Shown here: positions 53,036 to 64,000 of the stretch, one piece after another
How positions within the stretch are numbered: position 1 is the stretch's first letter
Layout: the number at the start of each line of letters is the position of its first letter
NCBI GenBank assembly: GCA_964016885.1
Contig: OZ024741.1
Coordinates: 232,066,001-232,130,000 of the forward strand
DNA: 64,000 nucleotides
From: Eledone cirrhosa
Lineage: Eukaryota
Direction: 5' to 3'
Made by a program: the position numbers and the translations under genes
The notes under the pieces: model-generated
Told to the model about the DNA's origin: nothing
Databases searched by the model: none
The model's input: only the letters and a program-made list of their open reading frames with translations

Positions 53036-56000
53036 CTATAAAACCTCCTTGTACACAATGTTTTTTGCTTTTCCTTGCGGAACGAACGCGAAATCATCAC
53101 TCTTGCTGCCGACACGCGAGCAGCCAACGTAAAGCTGACCACGAACCACGAGAGAAACACGGCTCGCCCAAATGTATTCCCACGACAGGCAGTGTTTGTC
53201 CCTGCGCTTTGTTAATTGACATTGTGAAGGATGGCCTGACCGGGAACTGGGACCTCCCAAATGTGAAAGGTAGGTCTGCTCCTGATGGGAAAAGATGCAT
53301 CCTCGGTATGAGCACAACGTTGCCCCGACCGCACCCCCCCTGTGATTATCGTGCCCTCAATCAGATTGGGAGCTAAGGACTTAACGACGAAACGTGTGCC
53401 ATTGCATTGTTTCGGCGGAACCAAATTTTGAATGAGCATTATAGGGGCACCAACTTTAAGTTTCAAAATGTGTGGGGGTAATCCGGGGGATCAAAGGAAT
53501 TTAGTACATCTATTGGATAGTTGATGACGTCCTCGGGGTCAGGAGTTCTATCGATAGACTTATATACGTAGCTATCCCCAGGAATAAGTTTTAGCATTTG
53601 ATCATTAATATGGTTAACAGTTTTATTCCTCGGTGCCAGAATAGCCCTTTGGGCAAGCCAATCCATATTCTGATAATTTGCTTGGAGATCTGGGAACACT
53701 GCATCCCTGAGATCAGAAGGCGTACTAACAACGGTACAAAGTGAGTCGATGACAATATTACCCTTTTCATCCCCGGGCGTTTTGCCTTCGCCAGGTGCAA
53801 GGAGGGTGTGAGAAAATGCTGCTGATGTGATATCACACGCATGTTAGTGTGAAGTTTCAGAATCTTCACCAGAGGCCACAATGCGGATGACTTAAGTCCC
53901 GCACGTACTGCATCAGCTCTAGTCCCCTTGGGAATAACGGGAAGCGTTTGCATGAAGTCCCCTGAAAGAAGAAGTGTTATGCCTCCCATTGGATGTCTCT
54001 CAGAGTTCTATCGAGCGCCTCAAGCGCACCTCTGTGGGCCATCGTGCATTCGTCCCAAACGATAAACTTGCATCGTCGGAACACTTCTGCCTGATCGGAG
54101 CTCTTACTGATGTTGCAAGTGGGTGTCTCAGTCTTCGCTAAGTCAAGCGGGAGCTTGAAATAGGAGTGAGCTGTCCTGCCGCCCGGCAACAAAGTAGCTG
54201 CAATTCCAGTTGATGCCACAGCTAAGGCACAGCCTTCTGTTCGCCTAATCTCAGCTAATATTAATTTGGTGACAAAAGTTTTCCCAGTCCCCCCAGGAGC
54301 GTCCATGAAAAAAATCCCCCCAGCTTTGCCCCGGACAGAATTAACAACGGAGTTGTAAGCGAATTTCTGTTCTGGAAGGAGGTTTGGCTCATTCTACGCT
54401 ATGTTCTTGGCAAGCTCGTCAACATTATAAGATGTCTCACGCAGAAAATCCGAAGACAGAGTGTTTGCGCCTTCCCAGTTTGTTGAAGGTAGGCCATACA
54501 CAGCCAACGCACTATGCCCATATCGAGAACAGTATCTTAGATTTCAAGCAGCGCCCTGTTGTAAATAAGATCACTGTACCCGACCTCCATCGATGGGTTT
54601 AGCAACTGAGCGTGACGCAGGAAATCTTCAGACATGTAATCTTTGTAGCTAAGCCATAAAGAGGCCGGATCACCCAAGTCGCACCATAGGAGTAGAATAG
54701 CGAAAAGCGATCTTAGTCGTTTAGGAGATTTCAACAAAATGCCCTCTGCCATAGTGGCGCCCCATTGTGAATCATCCTCCAAAAGGCCACGACTAAAGCA
54801 GGCTTCCCGGAAAGTATCACATAATTCACCGCCAACATTTCTTATGTCTTGAAAGCTTTGTGGGCCAAAAACCTCATGGAGGAGAAGGCGCAGGTGAAAA
54901 CACTCATGCTGGTTGGGAGGTACAGTGTAGACTCTTCCTAGACAACTGTCAAACTTGAGACCAGGATGTCCTTCAACATCCTGACCTGACTTCCTACGCA
55001 CCCAAGTGTTGTTTGACCACACGTAGTAGGACGGGACCTGAGGATATGAAAGTGTTTTTGCAAATGTGTCAAGTTGGCAAAGGTAAAAAAAAACAGTCAA
55101 AGTTGTTTCTTTTGGATTGGCCGCCAAATGAACAGCAGTCTGCTCAGTAAAGTAAGCCTGCTGGCCGTTTTCCAAATGAACCGCTAATTGTATGATGGCG
55201 GGGTTCCTTTGGTGATGTCGAAACCCGAATATCCGCCAAAAATCTTCACCACTGCTGATATATCGATCTGCCGAGTACTCCGAGACCTCGTCCCTGCTAT
55301 TGTCGTTTTGAAGGCCGAACATGGCAGCGTCGGAACCCGCGTTAATACATTTAGATATGTACTTTATCGACTTCACTGAATGACAGAACTCCACATCTAT
55401 ATGAGCGTTGTAAGTTTTCATCAGAAATGGACAGTACGGGACCACTCACCTATTATAAACTTGATGACCCCGTAACGTCATAGTGAATCCACCGTTCTCA
55501 GTCCGCCTTAGTCTGTACATGGGTATCCGTCGCCGCCGGTCTGGGTCTCCTCAACAAACCTCTTTAAGTATCGTTTAGTGCACACATGGTCCTTGTGGCA
55601 TGAACAGAACTCTTGAAAACCGGGACCGCACGCACCGTGCACCATGTGTGCCTTCACAATGTCTTACAGCTGCCGGTCAACAACGGGGTCTGGTATTTCC
55701 GCTGCGATGACGTCATTTATAACTGTAGGGTTTATTTTTGTGACCAACCAAACCAAAATGTGCGCGTGTGGCAACCCTCTCTTCTGCCACTCAACAGTAT
55801 ACATGTGGCACCTAACAGGCCTGAAAACCTTCACTTTTTGTATTAGATCAATTAGCTTAGCCAGCTTCTGCCTGAAAATCCTGGCAATAATATCATGCCG
55901 ATGGCAGTACTGCTGCCCTGGGATAAGTTCCCGCGTAACCTCAAACCACATGGGGTTACACGTAAATGTGATGAATAATGCCGAACGAACATCATAGCCT

Positions 56001-57801
56001 CCTGTGTTCGCTCGTGTGTGTACCCACCCCCGTATAGGTTAAGGGGAGAATGCACATTTTGCTGATGTTCCGGTGGTCAGCGTCATTCCTGATGCCGTCA
56101 CGCAAATGGATGTAGGAGTCTGAGCGCAGCTGCTTCTGATTCAATTTTATGAAGCACAGTCTCTCCGACTCCATCTTTGCAGCCACGTCAACTGCAAACT
56201 GGTGAAACAGTTCCCGTGACCTGTGCAGGGGGCTGAAATCGTTAGGCCTCGTCATTAAGCGGTATGAGTATAAAGCCATGCATGAAACAGTTTTAGATGT
56301 CCCAGCAGTGGGCTCGTTTGGTTTGCGCTGAGGAATGCCGAAATGGTACCCGTCTTCTCCCTATGCAAAAAGAAGGGGATACTGCAGGGCGTCGTATGAA
56401 CGATGCGTCTCATTCATAGGTCGAAGACCACTGTCACGACTTTGAAGAATAATGTCTCGCTTATTGTGATGTTCACCTTGGATAACTACGGCCACTTCAT
56501 TGCACGAAGGAGCGTTATAACGGCGTGCGTGCTCCCCAGAAGGTCATTTGTGCGTATCGATGACAATGGTGAAGTTTGGTGAAGGATTTGTTTCCAATGC
56601 GTATTTGAAACTGCGAATATAACTGTTGTGCTCATGAAGCATGTTTTGAAGACCGAGCAGCACGTCCCTTTCAAAAGTCTCAGCGTCAGGGTTTGCAGGT
56701 GTTGGAATAACGCCGAACCGTGCATCAACTTGCCTACTGTAGTTAGAAATGAAGTAAATTTGAAGGAATGAATGCTTGCAATGTTGTAGTGGTTGGAGCG
56801 ACCAAATAAGATGGTACACCTGTCCCTGGACCTTGAAAGTAGGCATCCAACCACTTTCTCTGACAAAGTTAGTCCCGAAAGAAGTCATTTGAAACGCACA
56901 ATTGTACTTCCTGATGAGTTGAAGGAATTTGGATGACCTTGAGGTAGAACCAGTAAGTAGTTCCTTCAAAGGCTCTCGTGGTTCCCCAAGAGGGGGCAAG
57001 CTGACCTTACCATTTAAGCAGCATATTGCAGGTGGCTCCCCAGCCCACTTTTTAGCATTGCTGAATTTGCAATTGAAGCGCATTTCCACTATATGTATGT
57101 CGGCATGCATCGAGTAGTTAACGTTGGGCTCATACCTGAAAGCCCGTAGGTGCCAGTATGGGCTGTCGGGGCTCGTCATACCGCGGGCAGCTTCTTGTCG
57201 TCAACTGTTCCGCTCCAACGTAGAATGTTGCTCCTGTGGGTCGTGGGAAGCTCTCGCAGCAGTACCAGAAGCCACCCTTGCAATCCTAATGGAGCGCCCG
57301 CCTGTATCTTCAGAAGCCATGGAAGCAGTCATAGCCGCAGCGTTCCTAGCAAGGCGATTCGTTTCGCCGTTCCAAACCTTCCAAAGCCCTGGAAGCAGCA
57401 GTAGCTGCAGCGTTTCTATTCAGTCGAGCCGCCCTTTCTTCCGGGCCCTCTGAAGCCCTAGAAGTAACAGTAGCAGCAGCGTTTCTATTCAGACGAGTCG
57501 ACCTCTGTTCCGGGCCATCTGAAGCCCTGGAAATAGCAGTAGAAGCGTTTTGGGGGGATTGACGTATCGCCTGCTCCGAATCGCACATCGCAGCACGTCT
57601 CGAGGCGTGGTATGAAACCATCTTGGCTAGGCGTGCGGTGCGTTGTTGAAAACTTTCAGCAGCTCTGCATTCCGCTGAACGTAAGGCGTTCTGTGAAAGT
57701 CTTAAAGCAGTTTCCTCGAAGAGCTCGTTGGCTGTAACCGTCCTCTGCGCCGCCACTGACGTGGTATGGCGACCGAGGCGACTTCTCTTTTTAGGTGGCA
57801 T
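53036..57801 (-). pseudogene. Helitron Rep/Pif1-helicase (RepHel) pseudogene
   Basis: Zn motif C..S.AKKW.GE...CC..GKV; HUH VEWQKRGLPHAHIL; SIKYI.K; Walker A DAPGGTGKT; WDEC.M; GDF.Q.LPV; CNGTR; [16 protein letters not shown]; many frameshifts. Confidence 0.95.
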
Positions 57802-57925
57802 TTTATGTGAAAAAGAAAGGGTGAAAGTTACTTCTACAGCAAAATTGCCTTTCAAAGTATAAGGCTGAAAACTGTCTGCGTTCCGCAGGGGAAAAAATGG
57901 GAGAACGAACGGCAAATAAATAACT

Positions 57926-58630
57926 CACAGTTTGTTGAAAGCGCGCTTCTGTCAGCAACTTGAAATTGTTTGCCAAAAATCCCTATTTGTTCTTTTTTTC
58001 ACTCAATAAACGTGTAAAAATGTTATACACAAAATGTAATTGTGTGTGAGCATGTATTTGTTTTTTCGATTTTTATGTTTAGTAGAGAGAGGAAATTATT
58101 TCCGTAATTGTGGGTGATTTTGAAATAAATAAATAGTCGTTGACCTAAGTTAGACCATTTACAACATTCTTACAGAGGCAAATAAATAATTCAGTTTGTT
58201 TAAAGCGCGCTTCTGTCAGCAATGTGAAGTTGTTTGGCCAAAAATCCCTATGTGGGTTTTTTTTCACTCAATAAACGTGTAAATATGTTATACACAAAAT
58301 GTAATTGTATGAAATTATTCAGGAGTGGGTTTATAAACGTATATAAGAGATGTAAGCGTCATGTATTTAACGTTTGTCTCTGTCTCTCTGGTTACCTCCT
58401 TTATTTTTTTCTCTCTCTCTAAAGGAAATTATTAAGGAGTGGGTTTATAAGCGTATATAAGAGAAGGTTGCAGTATGTATGGGATTTAGGCAGGTTAACT
58501 CAGATTGTATTAGAGGGGTAAAGCGTCATGTATTTAGGTTTATCGATTATTTCCGTAATTGTTGGTGAGGTTGAAAGAAGGAAATAGTCGTTGAGCTAAG
58601 TTAGACCATTTACAACATTGTTACAGACTT
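57926..58630. repeat. Internal direct duplications in the Helitron 5' region
   Basis: ~57928-58042 vs ~58192-58308; ~58095-58176 vs ~58547-58627. Confidence 0.8.
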
Positions 58631-58740
58631 TGAGTCGAATCGGTGTGAAATTGTGCAAATGTATAAACATGGAGCATGTGCACACACACACACAACAACA
58701 ACAATCTGCCTTTTATAGATAATGATGATATATATATGTA

Positions 58741-59004
58741 TAACATAAATAAAGATGCTGATGTTACATAAATCGGTTAATTATTATAATTATTTCAACG
58801 GTTACCCCATGCAATCAAGATGTGTTTCATGCATTTATGCCTTTTTTTTTCCTCTGCATATCACTAATTCGAATTTCATTTGAGGATAGCGTTCTCATAA
58901 CAACAATAAATGCATGAAACATATCTTCATTGCATGGGAGAACAGTTGAAATAATTAAAAATGATTACACGATTTATGTAACATCACCATCTTTGCTTAT
59001 GTTA
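58741..59004. repeat. Imperfect inverted repeat, ~98-bp arms, 67-bp spacer
   Basis: 58741-58838 vs 58906-59004. Confidence 0.85.
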
Positions 59005-59097
59005 ATTTTATACTGAATCTCCATCGTAACTACAAACTACGAATGTTCAGAGCTTTCTCTTGCTTGCTCCTGTTTTTACCAACACAATCTCTTCGGA

Positions 59098-59171
<74 letters not shown>

Positions 59172-59175
<4 letters not shown>

Positions 59176-59641
59176 TCATCATCATCATCATCATCATCAC
59201 CAGCATTTTACGTCCGCTTTTCCCTACTTGCAAGGGGTGGACGATTCCTATTCAGCACATCTTCTCTCCACTTGTCACGGTCCCTTCGTCATCTCCTCGG
59301 TGAGTTTCAGCGATCTGAGGTCTGCTCTCACCACCTCCGCCCATGTTTTTCGTGGTCTACCTCTACTGGGTCTTTATTCTACTGGGATTTCTTGGCAATT
59401 CTTTACGGTCATCCTCCATGCGCATCACATGTCCATACCATCTCAGCCTTCTCTCCTGCACACCACAACTTATCCCACTTATACCCAGTTTCTTTCTCAA
59501 CTCGTCTATGCTTGGTCGTTTACGCACATTGACATTACACATCCAACGGAGCATACTTGCTTCATTTCTCTCCAGCCGTCGCATAACTTCTGCAGTTGCT
59601 GCCCATGTCTCACTACCATTCAGCATCGCGCAATCTCACAC
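59172..59641 (-). mobile_element. RTE 3' fragment, same family as 29440-32295
   Basis: GSETWA...MLRWMC...RRLRWYGHV; identical 3' end and (GAT)n tail. Confidence 0.93.
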
Positions 59642-59903
59642 AACCATTATATAACCAATCATGAAGGATAGATAGGACATTAGTTGTGAAAATTATAAGC
59701 CAGTAGTGAAGAGGACAGTGTGCTCAATGCGTATAAAGTGCAAGGCAAGCGAACAATGAAAGTAAGCGGGATAGATAAAGGTCATTTCTTGGTTCTGTTT
59801 TACCTTCGGTTATGAAATTAATATTGATATGCTATTTAAACTTCTACTAAACCAATAACAATATTTGTTCAAGAATTCGTAATATGGTATATTCTAAAAA
59901 TTA

Positions 59904-60070
<167 letters not shown>

Positions 60071-60111
60071 CGATATTAAACAAATGGAAACTACATTTAT
60101 AAAACCATATT

Positions 60112-60177
60112 TATTTCATTATATATATTTCTGGGATATCATATTAAAAATATGGTATGCCCTCTTCAGACAAAATA
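60112..60177 (-). ncRNA. Type I hammerhead motif (left arm)
   Basis: TATTTTGT-CTGAAGA-GGGCATACCATAT TTTTA ATATGATATCCCA-GAAA-TATATA-TA-ATGAAATA. Confidence 0.65.
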
Positions 60178-60250
60178 CAATATATAAACAGTTTTATAAA
60201 TAAATTTTCCAAGGTATGTCAAATTTATTTATAAAACTGTTTATATATTG

Positions 60251-60316
60251 TATTTTGTCTGAAGAGGGCATACCATATTTTTAATATGATATCCCTGGAA
60301 TATATATAATGAAATA
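60251..60316 (+). ncRNA. Type I hammerhead motif (right arm), GAAA mutated to GGAA
   Basis: Mirror of 60112-60177; same family as 1103-1172. Confidence 0.55.
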
Positions 60317-60490
60317 AATATGGTTTTATAAATGTAGTTTCCATTTGTTTAATATCGTAAAATACTCCAATATCAGTTGAGTGCTTTTATATCAGTTATA
60401 AAATATTTACTCGTTGTAAACCAACAATTTTAAATAAAATGTTTGCATATATATATATATATATATAAATATGTATATATATATAAATAT

Positions 60491-60647
<157 letters not shown>

Positions 60648-60686
60648 TATAAATATATATATATATAAATATATATATATATAAAT

Positions 60687-60725
<39 letters not shown>

Positions 60726-60733
60726 AATATATG

Positions 60734-60829
<96 letters not shown>

Positions 60830-60860
60830 TATATATATATAAATATATATATATATAAAT

Positions 60861-60911
<51 letters not shown>

Positions 60912-60912
<1 letters not shown>

Positions 60913-61998
60913 TAGCATTAAAGCCCGGCGTTGCTCAGGGTCAGTAAGTTACCAAAGTTAGGTTGCACCACCCATTTTATGGCACCACTTTTTTGTCTGC
61001 CAGGCACTGGGTGAAAGAATTGCAGACCTGGACTGCCGAAGCAGGAACTGCACCAGCAGTGACAATTGTAATTTCGCCTATGGATATTATCTCTGTGCAA
61101 AGAAGTGTTGAAATGTATTGTTTCACAGTACTTGCACAACACGCGCGTAGACGATGCCAGCCGAACAACAGAGCTGCGATGGAGTTATTCTGCATGGTTG
61201 TCTAATATGTGTTTTCTAAATTTAAGACAGTAGGGAGGGGTGTGATATGGGAGGAGTTAGCTGCTATTTCTAGCAGATTTAGTGACCTCGTAGAGGATAT
61301 GTTTTCTAAATTTAAGACAGTAGGGAGTGGTGTGATATGGGGGAGAGTTAGCTGATGTTTCTAGCAGGTTTAGTGACCTCATAGAGGATATGTTTTCTAA
61401 ATTTAAGACAGTGGGGAGGGGTGTGATATGGGGGAGAGTTAGCTGCTGTTTCTAGCAGGTTTATTGACCTCATAGAGGATATTATTGTGTATAGTAAATG
61501 CACTGATACTTCTTTCTTCCACGTTCGTTGGTAGATGTTTTAAAACAGATGTATCGCTATTTTTTTGTTATTGAATAAATTTATCTGTTGCTTTTGAATA
61601 ATTGTTGTTTCGTATGAAATGTAATAAGTTCTCTTTGTCATTGAAGTAAATAAATTTTTGACCGTTCCACACTCAAAAACAAATGTTCCCTCTCTCTCTC
61701 ACTCTCTCTCTCTCTCTCTCTTAAAGTTTGTAAGTTTAATCGTATATAAGAGAAAGTTGCAGCATGTATGTAATTTTATCGAATTTTAAGGAGAGTAGAG
61801 AGAGTAACTCAGATTGTATTAGAGGGGTAAAGCGTCATGTATTTAGTTTTATCGATTATTCCCGTAATTATTGGTGAGTTTGAATGAAATAAATAGTTGT
61901 TGACAGGAGTTAGACCATTTACAACATTGTTACAGACTTTGAGTCGAATCGGTTTGAAATTGTGCAGATGTATAAACATGGAACATGCAAACACACAC

Positions 61999-62036
<38 letters not shown>

Positions 62037-62056
62037 CTGCCTTTTATAGATAATGA
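60912..62056 (-). mobile_element. Non-autonomous relative of the 52217-58725 Helitron
   Basis: Same 5' end (TCATTATCTATAAAAGGCAG) and 3' ~290 bp with hairpin + CTAG|T; no RepHel. Confidence 0.92.
61210..61481. repeat. Three tandem ~90-bp units inside the non-autonomous Helitron
   Basis: GTTTTCTAAATTTAAGACAG at 61211, 61301, 61392. Confidence 0.95.
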
Positions 62057-62069
62057 TATATATGCCTAA

Positions 62070-62340
62070 AATCTGTCTCAAGCCAGGAGGGTCATCAGGC
62101 CGGTGCTTATCCGGTTTTCATGACGGTGAGCGACTGTGAGTACAATATTACCCCTTGGACAGGACGCCAGACCATCGCGAGTTTAACTTCCAGCTATTGC
62201 TGGTTCTCATTTTGAGTTGAGTATACTGGAGCAACATGAAAGGAAGTGTTTTGCTCAACTATACAACACACAACCCAGTCCAGGTATTGAATCTACAACT
62301 TTATGGTCCAACACCCTTACCACTAGGCCACGTGCTTCCA
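62070..62340 (-). mobile_element. tRNA-derived SINE (second family)
   Basis: A-box TGGCCTAGTGG, B-box-like GATTCAATACC, then TTGAGCAAAACACTT and CTGGCGTCCTGTCCA motifs typical of conserved-core SINEs. Confidence 0.7.
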
Positions 62341-62344
62341 TGTA

Positions 62345-63994
62345 TCTATACTATAAAGCTGACGTGGTATGTAGGTAACAAACTTTCCGCCAAACGCCTG
62401 AACCAAACAGCACCAAATTTCCACCATAGATGTAACTTTTTCCAAGTGAAAAAATGAGGTTATTTTCGTCTACTTAATTCTGTTAAAAGATTAAAGACAT
62501 TATTTAAATATTCACTTCTTTAAATGTTTCAAGTGTCAACACATCCGGTTATACGACATTCCTAACATCTTTACGAACCAAAGTATCATCTTCCTGTTTT
62601 CTTTCGGTTGCAACGTTTTTCGAAATATTTACTTCTGCGTTTACAGATTGATTTTTGTTAGTTTCAGAAGATCCTGTTAGGGGTGAAAGCAGCGATTCTT
62701 TGCTTAAACTTTAATTTGTTATTTTAATATATATATATAATTGTATATTCGTGTATAGATAGTTTTGCATACACAAAAACAAAATGTAAACAAACGTATT
62801 TATTTCACGAAAGCACAGACGGCTTATCGTCATTGTTACTGCCGATATGCCACCCAAACAGTCCTAGCCTGGCCGCAAGATGAGATTTTCCAGAAAATAA
62901 AATGTTACTAGAGCAAGAGAGAGACTAAGCTTCGCGATTACCCTCAACAAATCTCAGGGTCAAACCTTAAAAGTGGCTGGCCTTCATCTGGGAAAACCAT
63001 GGTCAATTGTATGTAGGATGATCTAGGTTGAGCTCGCCAAACAATCTCTTCAACTTTGCTCCCGAGGGCCAAACAAAAAATATGATATACTCTGTAAATG
63101 TAATTTATGTATTTTCTGTTATTTGGAATTTCCAATATGGTAGTACAAAGTAACGTGAAGTTTGTTAAAAAGAAGGAAGAGGAGAGGAAGGAGAGAAGGA
63201 GGAAATAAACCTACAATGAAAGAACATCTTAAAGTTTACCCGAGCCAAATGTTGTATTTTTTAACATTTATATCTGCAAGTTCTTAGCAAGCTTACTGGC
63301 GCTTTAGTATTGTATTCATTTCTCATCTCGTTTTTTATTGATATGGTGCATATATCGCAGCTATTCATATGTTTTAAACATTAGATAACGATTGCTGATG
63401 TATATTGTACGACAGAATTAGCTGAAAAATATTTTGAATGAACAAATAAAAGAGATAGAGTAACTTCGCGAATCACACGAATAAAAACGAAAAATGACAA
63501 TCGGAAAGTATGTACAGGATTGGGATAAGAGTATATCCAGGAAAGTTTATTGATACTAATTTTATAACAGCAAAGAAGAAGAAAGACATACCACGTATGC
63601 TAACCAACCTGATTGCTATTTCTAGCAGGTTGGGAAACAACCATAAGGGATTCTCTCTGCGAATTCGTTGTCAGTGATTTCGCGGCCTAAGTCTCCGATT
63701 CCCACTGTGGATTACACACACACACACATACGCACACACACTCACACTCACACAGGCACACACACATATATATATATGTATACGAACACATACACACACA
63801 TATATATATACACACACACGAACACTCACCCTCACACACACATATATATATATGTAGACAAACATACACACACACACACACACACAATACACACACACTG
63901 TAAACAAGACAATGCATTCAATACAGACGTTTTCTCTTCTGCCGGTCTTCTCATATCGTTTGTTAACCTTGGCGAAGCTGAGTACGTCAGCTAG
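62345..63994 (+). mobile_element. Non-autonomous Helitron-like element (possibly composite)
   Basis: A|TCTATACTATAAAG 5' end; 3' hairpin CTTGGCGAAGCTGAG + TACGTCAG-CTAG|T; internal segments recur at 683, 1440, 5920 and 32690. Confidence 0.7.
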
Positions 63995-64000
63995 TATATA

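Larger units (their letters stand above)
52217..58725 (-). mobile_element. Full-length Helitron (autonomous type, inactivated)
   Basis: 5' TC-ATTATCTATAAAAGG; 3' hairpin CCCGAGCAACGCCGGG + ATTTAATG-CTAG|T; RepHel coding remnant inside. Confidence 0.93.

Noticed and set aside
62085-62105. CTGATGA on the minus strand
   Set aside because: Part of the SINE 3' region; no stem II-GAAA follows
62290-62340. tRNA gene (also 37335-37390)
   Set aside because: Only decayed A/B boxes of SINE heads; no cloverleaf

Overview
A eukaryotic, almost entirely repeat-derived 64 kb window. Its repeat content (long AT/GT/CT/ATT microsatellites, R4/Dong, RTE, L1/Tx1 and CR1-type LINEs, Penelope-like elements, Helitrons, tRNA-derived SINEs) suggests an octopus or other coleoid cephalopod; this is inference from composition only. 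The only host coding sequence I can support is one 150-bp phase-1/phase-1 exon encoding an EGF-like module (44325-44474, +), so much of the window is probably intronic. Nearly all transposon ORFs are broken by stops and frameshifts. The most interesting signal is RNA structure. About nine type-I hammerhead-ribozyme motifs, found by eye and ranging from near-intact to decayed, sit mostly in small non-coding elements with Penelope-style partial tandem or fold-back architecture (524-646, 1103-1172, 3260-3308, 6438-7188, 7423-7465, 15564-15606, 47005-47816, 60069-60359). There is also a 3x89-bp pseudoknot/twister-like repeat at the 5' end of an RTE. Other points: Dong elements nested in each other's (TAA)n tails, a SINE whose 3' tail resembles the local Tx1 3' end, a templated inverted duplication, and STPR-like repeats in the Helitron protein. 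All calls are manual. No searches or folding programs were run, and the boundaries of decayed elements are approximate.
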